Shown: positions 1 to 9,248, counted from the stretch's first letter. The stretch is DNA of 28,944 nucleotides from Polyangiaceae bacterium (GCA_035456245.1 DATIDO010000550.1:1-28944); one strand, 5' to 3'. A program made the numbers and translations. Notes: generated by a model not told the origin, from the sequence alone.

Positions 1-2
1 GT

Positions 3-1406
3 CGACGCAATTTCCTGGCGGCGCTGGGTGCAGCCGGAATGGCAGGCTGGTCGACCGAGCGCGCAGCCCGGGCCGCCAATCCCTCGAGCGGCGCAGCGGC
101 TGCGGCCCCGGCCCCCGCCGGCGCGGCAGCTTCCCTGGGCCGCGGGCGCTCCGGTCGCCCGCTTCGCTTCGTGAGTGTGTACGTCCCCCACGGACGCGCG
201 CGCGAGCTGTGGACGCCGGGCCCCGACTTCGACATCGCCTACCCCGGAGCGATCCTGGCCCCCTTCGACGACGCCGCCACCTTCGGTTCGTCGTTCAAGG
301 ATCAGCTGGTGGTGCTCGAAGGCATCGATCTGAGCGCCGGCATCGCCGTGGGCACGAGCGGACACGACGGCTCTCGCACCATCCTGACTGGCAGCGGCGC
401 CAACGGACGCAACGCGTCGCTCGATCAGTACCTCGCCATCGAACAGGGGCTCGGACAGGACACCGCCTTCTCGTCGATCACCCTGGCGGTCGGCAACGAG
501 GGCACCGAGCTCGGCGAGAACATCGCCTACGCGCCCGGCGGCAGCCCGTTGCCGAAGTGGATCGATCCGAGCGTCACCTTCGGCGAACTCTTCGGACGCA
601 CGCTGGCGGCCGGCGATCCCGAGCGCGCCGAGCGCCTCAGGCGAGGACAGAGCGTGCTCGATCTGGTGCGCGCCGATCTGCGCAGCCTGGGCGCCCGCGC
701 GCCAGCGAGCGAGCGCCACAAACTGGATCTCCACGCTACGTCGCTGCGGGACATCGAGAAACGCCTCACGCTGGCGCCGCCCGCTTGCCGGGCGCCGGAC
801 GCGCCCCGCCCCTTCGAGCGTGTGCGCGCTTACGGTGGCGGCGAGACCCATTTCGACGCCATCACCGATCTGCAGATCGATTTGATGGTGCGGGCCATGG
901 CCTGCGATCTGACCCGCTTCGGTACGTTGCGGCTGGCGGATTTGAGCCGCACCGGCCTGGTCACGGGCTTTCCCAACGACGTGCACACGGACGTGGCGCA
1001 TTGCTACGACGCGCGCACCGACAATCACCCGGGGACGCCGGAGAGTTGGGCCAAGCTGGCCGTGCAGAATCGATACTGCATGACGAAGGTGGCCCGCCTC
1101 CTCGCAGGCTTGCGGGACGCTGGCCTGCTCGAAGACACGATCGTCTACGTCTCGGGCGACATGGGCGACACGGCGCGCCACAGTTCGCGAGACGTACCGA
1201 CGCTGCTGGCCGGCGGGGCCGGAGGCCGCCTGCGCATGGGCCAGCACCTCCAGCTCGGCGCGACCGGCAGCGAGCCGCGCGGCGTCCCCAACAATCGCGT
1301 CCTGGTCTCGATTGCCCAGGCTTTCGGCGTGGAAACGGACCACTTCGGCCACGCCGACTCGGCGTCCATCACCCAAGGCCGCGTCTCGGAGCTCCACAGC
1401 AGCTGA
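3..1406 (+). CDS. DUF1552 (HXXSHH-family) protein with Tat signal, 5' end outside window
   Basis: The frame is open from base 3 (cga cgc aat ttc ctg = RRNFLAALGAAG), a twin-arginine signal, so the true start is upstream of the window rather than at ATG 39. Family-like segments include PLRFVSVYVPHG, SLDQYLA, LHATSLRDIEKRL, MVRAMACDLTRF, LLEDTIVY, RHSSRDVPTLLAGGAGG and NNRVLVSIAQAFG. Confidence 0.85.
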   Translation, partial: RRNFLAALGAAGMAGWSTERAARAANPSSGAAAAAPAPAGAAASLGRGRSGRPLRFVSVYVPHGRARELWTPGPDFDIAYPGAILAPFDDAATFGSSFKDQLVVLEGIDLSAGIAVGTSGHDGSRTILTGSGANGRNASLDQYLAIEQGLGQDTAFSSITLAVGNEGTELGENIAYAPGGSPLPKWIDPSVTFGELFGRTLAAGDPERAERLRRGQSVLDLVRADLRSLGARAPASERHKLDLHATSLRDIEKRLTLAPPACRAPDAPRPFERVRAYGGGETHFDAITDLQIDLMVRAMACDLTRFGTLRLADLSRTGLVTGFPNDVHTDVAHCYDARTDNHPGTPESWAKLAVQNRYCMTKVARLLAGLRDAGLLEDTIVYVSGDMGDTARHSSRDVPTLLAGGAGGRLRMGQHLQLGATGSEPRGVPNNRVLVSIAQAFGVETDHFGHADSASITQGRVSELHSS

Positions 1407-1541
1407 AGCTGGGCAGGCGCGGCTGTTTCCTGGCCCCGGTCCAACTCGGGACCGCGCCACTACCAGCCGAGCCTTCGCCCGTCAGCCTGCGCCCGCCAGC
1501 CTCAGCGGCTCTATCTCAGCCGCCTGGCTCAGCCGCCCGTT

Positions 1542-1964
1542 TCATCCCACGCGCGCCAAGAGCCCCGCGTAGCTCTGCTCGGCAGGGACCTCGAACTCCA
1601 CGGCCAACCCCGAGTCAGCCCAGCCCGGCAGGGGCCTGCCGAACGGATCGCGCGAACCGGCAAAGCCCGGAGCGAGATCGAGCAAGCTGGTGAACCCCTC
1701 GGACGCGAGAGCCGAGCAGGCCGACGCCGAGCGCGCGCCGGAGCGGCAACCGATCACCAACTCGCGGGAGGGCTCGAACAGGGCCTTCATGACACGGACG
1801 AAGTCGGGGTTGTCCACCATCCCGCCGGGGCCATCCTGGCGCCAGGGAACGTTGAGCGCTCCGGGCACGTGCCCCTGCGCGAACTCCGACTGACTGCGTA
1901 CGTCGACGTAAGGTACCCCGCGGGACATCGCGGCTGCTGCCTCCTGGCATCCGATCCGGCTCAT
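1542..1964 (-). CDS. Rhodanese-like domain protein (sulfurtransferase)
   Basis: YVDVRSQSEFAQGHVPGALNVP and the active-site loop CRSGARS; 140 aa single domain. Confidence 0.9.
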   Translation of the reverse strand: MSRIGCQEAAAAMSRGVPYVDVRSQSEFAQGHVPGALNVPWRQDGPGGMVDNPDFVRVMKALFEPSRELVIGCRSGARSASACSALASEGFTSLLDLAPGFAGSRDPFGRPLPGWADSGLAVEFEVPAEQSYAGLLARVG

Positions 1965-2046
1965 GCCTGGACCCTACCACGACCCCGACCGGCCCGAAGT
2001 CCGTGCGCTGCCACCGCGCCCCGAGCGGTGGTATGCCAGGTCCGGA

Positions 2047-3705
2047 ATGAGTGCATCGTCGAGCGTCGTTCGCTTCGTGCCCCTGGGTGGACTGGGTGAG
2101 ATCGGCATGAACTGCTTCGTCCTGGAGCAGGACGACGGCATCTTGGTCGTGGACGTCGGCGCAGGCTTCCCCGACGACGACGTCGGTGTGGACGTCCTCC
2201 ACCCCGATTTCACCTGGCTGCTCGACCGGGCCGAGCGCATCTCGGGCATCTTCATCACCCACGGGCACGAGGACCACATCGGTGCCCTCCCGTACCTGCT
2301 GCGCGAACTGGACCAGCCCCCCGTCATCTACGGGCCCGCCCACGCCTGCGTACTGATGAAGCAGCGCCTGGCCGAGCACGAGCTCGACGACGTCGAGATG
2401 GTCGAGGTGAGCCCTGGCCACACCTACCAAGTCGGCCCCTTCCGCATCGAGCCCATTGCCGTCGCCCACTCGATCATCGACGCGACCGCGCTCTGCATCG
2501 AGACGCGCGCGGGCCGCATCATCCACACCGGCGATTTCGACATCGATCACTCCCAACCGGCCGGTCACGTGACGGACGGACATCGCTTCGCCGAGCTGGG
2601 CCGCGAGGGCGTGCGCCTGTTGCTCAGCGACAGCACCAACGTCGACTCGGAGGTCCGTCCGGGCTCGGAGGAGGCGGTCGCCGGCGCTCTGGAGCGCCTG
2701 GTGCGCAGCTCCGAGCGGCGAGCGGTCGTGGCCCTCTTTTCCAGCAACGTGCACCGCCTCAAGGTGCTGGGCGAGCTGGCGCGAGAGACGAACCGCAAGC
2801 TGTGCTTGTTCGGTCGCAGCCTGCAGCGACAGGTCGAAGCCGCGCGGCAAATCGGCCGCCTCGAATACCCCAGCGACTTGGTGGTGGCGCCCGAGCAGGT
2901 GGCCTCCTTGCCGCCCGAGCAGGTGCTGCTCTTGGCCGGAGGCAGCCAGGGTGAGGCTGCCTCGGCGTTGCGGCGCCTCTCGCTCGAGACCCACCAGCAC
3001 CTGAAGCTCGAGCCGGGCGACCGCGTCGTGCTCTCGTCCCGCGTCATCCCGGGCAACGAGAAGATCGTCGGCACCATGATCAACGATCTGCTGCGGCTCG
3101 GCATCGACGTGCGTACGCGCCTGACCGATCCCGACGTGCACACCAGCGGCCACGCTGCTCGCCAGGAGCAACGGCAGATGCTCGAGTGGGTGCGCCCGCA
3201 GAGCTTCGTCCCGCTCCACGGCACCCTTCACCACCTGCGCCGCCACCGCGCGCTGGCCGAGTCGCTGGGCGTGACGGACTGTGTCGTGGTCGAGGACGGC
3301 ACCCCCGTGGTGATCCGCCCGGACGAGCCGCTCGCGCTCGATCCGCCTGTGCCTGCTGGCATGGTCCGTATCGCCTTCGGCGGCGAAGAGCTGGATGCGA
3401 CCACGCGGCGACGTCGCCTCGATTTGGCGCGCTCCGGCGTGGCGGTGGTGGCCGTGGGTCTGGACGCCCGGCGGCGCGTCGTCTTCGGCCCCACCTTCAG
3501 CGCCTACGGCATCCCGACCGTCGACGAGGACGAAGGCGCGCAGAAAGCCATCGCCCGCGAGGTCCTCGACGTCGTCGAACGCGAAGCAGGACGACGCGGC
3601 GCCCCACTCGAAGAATCGATTCGTCGCGCCGTGCGCCGCACCCTGCTCGACTGGACCGGCGTACGCGCGGTCGTCGAGGTGCACGTGGAGCGGGCCGAGC
3701 GATGA
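2047..3705 (+). CDS. rnj: Ribonuclease J (metallo-beta-lactamase/beta-CASP)
   Basis: PLGGLGEIGMNC, THGHEDHIGA (HxHxDH), VAHSI, HTGDF, SDSTN, HTSGHA, PLHG. The start is placed at ATG 2047 (MSASSSVVRFVPLGG); the listed 1963 start would collide with the rhodanese start. Confidence 0.93.
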   Translation: MSASSSVVRFVPLGGLGEIGMNCFVLEQDDGILVVDVGAGFPDDDVGVDVLHPDFTWLLDRAERISGIFITHGHEDHIGALPYLLRELDQPPVIYGPAHACVLMKQRLAEHELDDVEMVEVSPGHTYQVGPFRIEPIAVAHSIIDATALCIETRAGRIIHTGDFDIDHSQPAGHVTDGHRFAELGREGVRLLLSDSTNVDSEVRPGSEEAVAGALERLVRSSERRAVVALFSSNVHRLKVLGELARETNRKLCLFGRSLQRQVEAARQIGRLEYPSDLVVAPEQVASLPPEQVLLLAGGSQGEAASALRRLSLETHQHLKLEPGDRVVLSSRVIPGNEKIVGTMINDLLRLGIDVRTRLTDPDVHTSGHAARQEQRQMLEWVRPQSFVPLHGTLHHLRRHRALAESLGVTDCVVVEDGTPVVIRPDEPLALDPPVPAGMVRIAFGGEELDATTRRRRLDLARSGVAVVAVGLDARRRVVFGPTFSAYGIPTVDEDEGAQKAIAREVLDVVEREAGRRGAPLEESIRRAVRRTLLDWTGVRAVVEVHVERAER

Positions 3706-4760
3706 GAGCCGCCACCCCTTGGCTGCTGACGGCCTTCGCGCTGACCGTCTCCGCCTGCGACAAGCCTGCCGCCGAACCCAGCAGCTCGGCGCAGGCCGCT
3801 GGGAACACGCCCTCGTCGACGAACCCATCGTCCACGCCCCCCGCAGGCGCCACCCCGTCGGTCGCGAACACGTCGCCCAGCTCGCCCTCCGGGAACGCGC
3901 CTTCCAGCAAGGAGTACGCGCTGCCCGCCGTACCCCGCTGGGTGGCCATCGGTGACTTGCACGGCGACCTTTCGGCCACCCAGCAGGCGCTCGAGCTGGC
4001 CGGGGCGATCGACGCGAAAGGCCACTGGATCGGCGGAAATTTGGTCGTGGTGCAGACCGGCGATCAGCTCGATCGGGGCGACGACGAGCGCGGGATCCTC
4101 GATCTGTTGGAGAGGGTGGCGGGGGAGGCGCGTGACGCGGGTGGCGCGCTCCACGTCTTGAACGGCAATCACGAGGCGATGAACGTGCTCGGGGACTTCC
4201 GTTACGTGACGCCCGCGGGCTACCGCGCCTTCGACGACGTGACGCCGCGCGCAGCGCTCGCCGAGCGCTGGCCGAGCGAGGCCAGGGGGCGCGCGGGCGC
4301 GTTCCTACCGGGCGGCGGTGAGGCCCTGCGGCTCTCGCGGCGGCGCGTCGTGGTCCAGGTGGGCGACACGGTGTTCGTGCACGGCGGGATCCGCGCCCCC
4401 CACGTGACGAGCGGACTCGATCGACTGAATCGGGAGACGGCGGCGTGGATGCGCGGCTCGAACCCGCAGCCACCCCGCTTGGTGCAAGATCCCGAGGGGC
4501 CCCTGTGGACGCGCGTCTACGGAGGCGCGCAGCTGGACTCGGCGGCCTGCGCCGTGTTGGACGAAGCCCTGAAAGCGCTGGGCGCTGCACGCATGGTCGT
4601 TGGCCACAGCGTGCAGGAAGGCGGCATTTCGGCGGCCTGCGACGGGCGCGTGCAGCGCATCGACGTCGGCCTTTCCCGCTATTACCAGGGCGCGACCCTG
4701 CAGGTCCTCGAGTACCGCGACGGCCAGGTACGCGTGCTCGGCACGCCTCGCAAACCCTGA
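3702..4760 (+). CDS. Metallophosphoesterase, Shewanella-like PPP phosphatase (Shelph), predicted lipoprotein
   Basis: ATG 3702 overlaps the rnj stop (ATGA). Signal peptide with lipobox VSA-C19, S/T/P-rich linker, then GDLHG, GDQLDRG, GNHE, HGG, GHS and RIDVG (variant of the Shelph I-D-T-G motif). Confidence 0.88.
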   Translation: MRAATPWLLTAFALTVSACDKPAAEPSSSAQAAGNTPSSTNPSSTPPAGATPSVANTSPSSPSGNAPSSKEYALPAVPRWVAIGDLHGDLSATQQALELAGAIDAKGHWIGGNLVVVQTGDQLDRGDDERGILDLLERVAGEARDAGGALHVLNGNHEAMNVLGDFRYVTPAGYRAFDDVTPRAALAERWPSEARGRAGAFLPGGGEALRLSRRRVVVQVGDTVFVHGGIRAPHVTSGLDRLNRETAAWMRGSNPQPPRLVQDPEGPLWTRVYGGAQLDSAACAVLDEALKALGAARMVVGHSVQEGGISAACDGRVQRIDVGLSRYYQGATLQVLEYRDGQVRVLGTPRKP

Positions 4761-4776
4761 GCCGACTCGTATCGCC

Positions 4777-5382
4777 TCAGCCGCCCGGGCGGCGCGAGTA
4801 GTCCTGGCTGGCTCTCTCGACCAACGAATGATCGCGCGCGGCCCGCTCGGCCTCGTCGACCAACGTCGGTGTGAAGGCGGTGAGGCCCCAGATCCCGTTC
4901 GGGCGCCGGCGCAGCGAGTAGCGCGTGCCACGCGCCGTCTGCACCGTCCCGCGCTCCCCTGCCTGCTCCACGCGGCCCACGCCCGAGAGATCGCGGCGCA
5001 GCTGGACCAGCCACCCCTCCTCGCGCGCGTACCAGGCAAAGACATCGGCGCCGTCGGGTGCGGCGGCCAGCTTGCCCCAACGCGCCTCCAACTTGGCGAA
5101 CTCGGCCGGTGGATAGCTGGCGCGCGCGAGCTCCAGCGACTTCTTGCGGTAGTCGCGGATCGAGTAGCAGGCGTGCTGCGCCGGCTCCTCGAGGTAGGCA
5201 AAGAACTCCTCGGGCGCGTCGCGACCGACGGCCTTGGCGACGCGCAGGTAGGCGCCCTCGGGGGTGTGATCGCTGGGAAAGCGCGTCGCCACCATCACGT
5301 AGCCACACAGGCCCGCTGCCAGGAGCGCCGCGACGCCCCAAAGCAGGGGGCGCAGGCGGGAAGGCCGGGGGGGCGTCGACAC
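4777..5382 (-). CDS. Hypothetical protein with a single N-terminal transmembrane anchor
   Basis: 201-aa ORF filling the gap between two + strand genes. Hydrophobic LLWGVAALLAAGLCGYVMVA near the N-terminus, followed by a normal globular composition with GC3-biased codons. Confidence 0.75.
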   Translation of the reverse strand: MSTPPRPSRLRPLLWGVAALLAAGLCGYVMVATRFPSDHTPEGAYLRVAKAVGRDAPEEFFAYLEEPAQHACYSIRDYRKKSLELARASYPPAEFAKLEARWGKLAAAPDGADVFAWYAREEGWLVQLRRDLSGVGRVEQAGERGTVQTARGTRYSLRRRPNGIWGLTAFTPTLVDEAERAARDHSLVERASQDYSRRPGG

Positions 5383-5428
5383 GGGGCCTGGTTAACACCG
5401 AATTCGGGGGCGTGCTACGGCGGCCACC

Positions 5429-6217
5429 GTGAAGCCGAGCGACGAAGCGCCCGTTCCCAGCCAGCTTGGCTCCGCCCCCGAGCGCAGGGCACGAGGGGTG
5501 TTCGTCGTCATCCCCGCTCACGAAGAAGAGGAACGCATCGTCCGCACCATCCGCGCCGTGCCGGCCGAGGTGAGCGGCATCGTGGTGGTGGACGACGCCA
5601 GCACGGATGCCACCGCCGAGCGCGTCGGTTCGCTCGCCGAGCCGCGGCTCGAACTGCTGCGCCACGAGCAGAACCGCGGCGTAGGGGCAGCGATCGCCAG
5701 CGGTTACCTGCGCGCACTGGAACGCGGCGCGCAGGTGCTGGTCGTGATGGCCGGCGATGCGCAGATGGATCCGGCCGATCTGCCCGCGCTGCTCGACGCC
5801 ATCGACCAAGGCGCGGCCTACGCCAAGGGCAATCGCTTCCTGCATCCCGACGCGCGCCTGATGCCGCGGCACCGACGCCTGGGCAGCTGGCTCTTGGCTC
5901 GCCTGACGCGCTGGCTCGCCGGAGCCTCCTTCGACGACTCGCAGTGCGGCTACACGGCGCTCAGCGCAGCCGCCGCGCGTCAGCTGGATCTGCAGACGAT
6001 GTGGCCGCGCTACGGTTACCCGAACGATCTGCTCATCCAGCTGGGGCGCCGAGGGCTCGACATCGTCGAGGTTCCGGTGCGCCCCGTCTACGCTGGGGAG
6101 CGCAGCGGGCTGCGGCCGTGGCACCTGCTCACCATCGTGGGCGTCATCTTGCGGCGTTGGCGCCTGGAGCTGGAGCGCGAACGTCTGGCGCCTCGGCTGA
6201 CGGCGCCGCACAGCTGA
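5429..6217 (+). CDS. Glycosyltransferase family 2 (DPM1-like)
   Basis: VVIPAHEEE, VVVDDASTDAT, NRGVGAAI, AGDAQMDP, KGNRF, DSQCGYTA, YGYPNDLL; GTG start. Confidence 0.9.
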   Translation: MKPSDEAPVPSQLGSAPERRARGVFVVIPAHEEEERIVRTIRAVPAEVSGIVVVDDASTDATAERVGSLAEPRLELLRHEQNRGVGAAIASGYLRALERGAQVLVVMAGDAQMDPADLPALLDAIDQGAAYAKGNRFLHPDARLMPRHRRLGSWLLARLTRWLAGASFDDSQCGYTALSAAAARQLDLQTMWPRYGYPNDLLIQLGRRGLDIVEVPVRPVYAGERSGLRPWHLLTIVGVILRRWRLELERERLAPRLTAPHS

Positions 6218-9200
6218 GGGCCTGCACCGTCATGGCGCGCGAGCTACGCTCCTGACGGAAGAGCCAGCTGACGTTGCCCTCACCCGGCAGCCACAAGAGG
6301 CGCGCGAGGCGCGACGTCGATTCGGGCAGCTCGGCCTCGTAGGCGGCGATGCACGGATCTTCGGGCGTACCGTGCAGGACGGCCCGACGCGTCTGCAGCC
6401 GCTCGGGCTCCGCGCCGCGTAGCTCGAGGGAAACTTCCCGCGGCACACTCGGCTGCGCGGGCGCGACCACGCGGGTCGTCTTCGCTCGTTCCTCGGCGCT
6501 GCAGGCTCGGATCCGCCCGCGCGTGTCGGGCAGGAGCGGCACCGCCACATCGGGACCGGCTACGCCGCGCTCGTTCACGAACGAGACTCGCGCCGACCAG
6601 TAGGTCCCCGCCCGATCGGCCAAGATGGAGAGTAAGCCGACGTCCTGGCCGCGGTAGGCGATGCCCGTCGATTGCACGGTGGCGCGCTGCTGGAGCGGCG
6701 ACAGCAAGTACGGCAGGAACTCTCCTCCGTACGCGGTGAGCACCACCCGCCCATCGCGCAGCCACAAGAGGGGCACGTCGTGCCCGCGGAACTGCAGGAA
6801 TTCGCGCTCGCCCTGCTGCCCCTCGGGCCAGCGGGTCTCGGCCACCACGCGCACCCGATCGCCCTGGAAGAAGTAGCTGGCCTGGCTGGCCTGCTGAGCG
6901 TGCAAGCGCAGGTAGAGCCCGTCCCCCGCGACACTCAACAGCTCGGGCCTGGCGCGCGCGCTGCGCGCGCCGCGCGACTCGAAATCTCCCGCCTCCGAGC
7001 GCTGCGCACCGGCCAGCCGCCCTTTGCCCAGGACTCCGCTGATCCGACTGTCCCAGGCCACCTCGACGTCGGTCAACCTGCCGTCGGCAGCCGCGCCGTC
7101 CGGCAAGCGGTAACGCAACGCGGCGCTTCCCTCCACCTGCGGGCTCACCGCGAGCGCATAACGCTCGGGCTCGGCCACCGGCTCGAGCAGCGGCCGCCGA
7201 ACCAACTTCTTCTGGCCGAGCGGCGCGTGCAGCGCCAACAGCGCCGCGTGCTCCTGATCGATCTCGACGCCCGCGAACGCCACGTCACCGAGCGCGGCCT
7301 CCGAGGCCCCCGGGAGCCAGTGGAGCTGCGGCAGCTCTTCACGAGGCGCCACGTCGACGCAGCGTGCCACCAGCTCGACTGCCGTGGCAGGCGACGAGCC
7401 CGGACTGGCCAACGTCGGGCTGGTCCCCCCTTCGCCTCCACCCCAGCCGATCCGCGTCAGTTCGCTGCCCACCAGGCAGCCCGCCTCCCGACAAACCAAG
7501 GGCGCACTGCAAGCGCGACCCGGAGCCGCCGGGGGCCCCGAACAGAGCGCTCGCGGCAACTCGACCCGCCGCCAAGCCACGCCGCCGTCGTTGCTCTCCC
7601 AAGCGCTGGAAGAGCGACGGTCGATGGCCAACCAGTGCGCGCCCGCGCCCGACACCACGTCGGCACCTGCAGGAGCCCAGCCATTGCCCAACAATTCGCC
7701 TTGGGCGCTCAGCGTCGCCACGTGGAGCCCGCCCGCGAGGCCCACGGACACACCCAGCGCGTCGGCTCCCGGGGCGAGCTCGACGCTCCCGGCACTGCCG
7801 TCGACCGGCAAGGCCGTCTCGCGTTCGAGGTCGAACCAAACGACCAGCCGCGCCGCCGCGGTCGCCCCTCGGGGCGCTTCGGCCCAACCCTCCACGCCCT
7901 GCAGCGTCAGGTGCGCGTCCTTCACTCGGCGCCCGAGCGCCCACAACCGCTGCGCGAAGAACGCGAGCGCTGCCGGGCGCCCCGTGTCCACGAACGGCAG
8001 CGGCTCCAGCCTCGAGCCCCCGGCGCGCAGCAGCTGCACATCGCGCGGCTGACAACCCGCATCGGTCGTCTCGGCCGGGCAAACTCCGGCGAAGGCCAGA
8101 TCGCCACGCTCGCTCGCGGCGAGCACCAAGTTCTGGATCGTACCGCGTAGCGCCAGCGACCGCGGCGTGAACGTGTGGCCACCGTCCGCGCTGCTCCAAA
8201 GGAGCAATCGCGGCGATACACCCGAGCTCCGCGGATCGGCGCACACCACGTGCAGCCAGCTGCCTCCGAGGGCCAAACGCGCGCGCCCACAGCCAGCGAA
8301 CGTCTTGCCGAGTTCCTGGCTGGTCAGCGGGCCCGAGAACGCACCGCGCAAGAGCTTTTGCGGAGCGCCACTGCCCTTGCCCTCTTCGAACACCACGACC
8401 TCTTCGCCCGACCAAGCGGCGCGCCCACTGACGAAGGTCTGCGCATCGACGAAAGGCGGCTGCGGGCGGCTCGGCAGCGCAGGTGCAGGCGAATCGTCCC
8501 GCGTCAGACGATCACCCTCGAGCAGGTAGTGCGCGAGCAGACCATCGACGCGAATGCCGCCGCGCGCCGTGCGCCCGAGCGCGAGCGGCCCCACGCTGCT
8601 CCAGGGCAGCGCCACGAAGTCGGCAGCAGCCGCCTGACGCCGGAACCAGCGCTCCGGGGTGCCCAGCACCAGCGCCGTCCCCTCGGCGTCGAGCACCACG
8701 TCGGTCACGTGGGTCGGCAGCGCGAGCTGCGTCCACCCTTGGCCCGCGTCTTCCGAAGCGAAGAGCTGCCCCGCTTCGCTCACTCCGAGCAGCCGCTTGC
8801 CACCTGCCGCCGCCCGCACGAACGGCCGAGGAGGGCGTCTCGTCACCTCGAACGGTCCGAGCCAGCGCGACGACCAGTAGACCGCACCGGACTCACCGAG
8901 CACGGCGACGCCGTTGCCTTCGGGCAGCACGCCCACCAACGCCTCCGGCGCACCGTAGGCGCTCGCCTCGACCTGGCCGTCAGCCCCTACCAACCAGCGG
9001 TTGCCAGCCCGATCGACCTCGAGCCGCCGCCCCTCGGGCAACGCCAACGTGGCGGCCAACTGAGCCGCGGTGCGTGGGTGAAAGACCCAGGTCGATGGGG
9101 GTGGCGGTAGCGCGGGCCCCGGTCCGGGATGCTCGGCACCACCGGCCGAGCCTTCACCAGCGCCGCAGCCACCGAGCGTGGCCGCCGACCCGACGGCTCC

Positions 9201-9248
9201 GAGCGCAAAGAGGCAGAGCGTGAGCATGCCCCGGGGGGCGCGCTCCAT
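6144..9248 (-). CDS. Large hypothetical lipoprotein with Asp-box (BNR-like) motifs
   Basis: ORF of about 1030 aa; ATG 9248 (alternatively 9227). Lipobox LGG-C; Asp-box-like SEDAGQGW, SADGGHTF and SNDGGVAW; many cysteines. It is the only long coherent ORF over 6.2-9.2 kb. Confidence 0.78.
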   Translation of the reverse strand: MERAPRGMLTLCLFALGAVGSAATLGGCGAGEGSAGGAEHPGPGPALPPPPSTWVFHPRTAAQLAATLALPEGRRLEVDRAGNRWLVGADGQVEASAYGAPEALVGVLPEGNGVAVLGESGAVYWSSRWLGPFEVTRRPPRPFVRAAAGGKRLLGVSEAGQLFASEDAGQGWTQLALPTHVTDVVLDAEGTALVLGTPERWFRRQAAAADFVALPWSSVGPLALGRTARGGIRVDGLLAHYLLEGDRLTRDDSPAPALPSRPQPPFVDAQTFVSGRAAWSGEEVVVFEEGKGSGAPQKLLRGAFSGPLTSQELGKTFAGCGRARLALGGSWLHVVCADPRSSGVSPRLLLWSSADGGHTFTPRSLALRGTIQNLVLAASERGDLAFAGVCPAETTDAGCQPRDVQLLRAGGSRLEPLPFVDTGRPAALAFFAQRLWALGRRVKDAHLTLQGVEGWAEAPRGATAAARLVVWFDLERETALPVDGSAGSVELAPGADALGVSVGLAGGLHVATLSAQGELLGNGWAPAGADVVSGAGAHWLAIDRRSSSAWESNDGGVAWRRVELPRALCSGPPAAPGRACSAPLVCREAGCLVGSELTRIGWGGGEGGTSPTLASPGSSPATAVELVARCVDVAPREELPQLHWLPGASEAALGDVAFAGVEIDQEHAALLALHAPLGQKKLVRRPLLEPVAEPERYALAVSPQVEGSAALRYRLPDGAAADGRLTDVEVAWDSRISGVLGKGRLAGAQRSEAGDFESRGARSARARPELLSVAGDGLYLRLHAQQASQASYFFQGDRVRVVAETRWPEGQQGEREFLQFRGHDVPLLWLRDGRVVLTAYGGEFLPYLLSPLQQRATVQSTGIAYRGQDVGLLSILADRAGTYWSARVSFVNERGVAGPDVAVPLLPDTRGRIRACSAEERAKTTRVVAPAQPSVPREVSLELRGAEPERLQTRRAVLHGTPEDPCIAAYEAELPESTSRLARLLWLPGEGNVSWLFRQERSSRAMTVQALSCAAPSAEAPDVRAPAPGANAAR

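Noticed and set aside
1407-1541. Scattered CAGCC / CTCAGCCGCC repeats and a 6-bp hairpin between DUF1552 and rhodanese
   Set aside because: Short, irregular and GC-rich; consistent with chance or local slippage, with no spacer structure.
209-1693. 494-aa + strand ORF and other Arg-rich overlapping ORFs (e.g. 4600-6255, 6672-8150, 22547-24001)
   Set aside because: Alternative frames overlapping better-supported genes, with R/P/G-dominated composition.
1615-4590. 991-aa ORF on the - strand
   Set aside because: Antisense shadow of rnj and the phosphatase; Arg/Pro-rich with no motifs. Long stop-free antisense frames are expected in high-GC DNA.
5749-5772. GT2 motif AGDAQ instead of DxD as a sign of inactivity
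   Set aside because: This variant is, to my knowledge, common in this DPM1-like subfamily, and the other motifs are intact.
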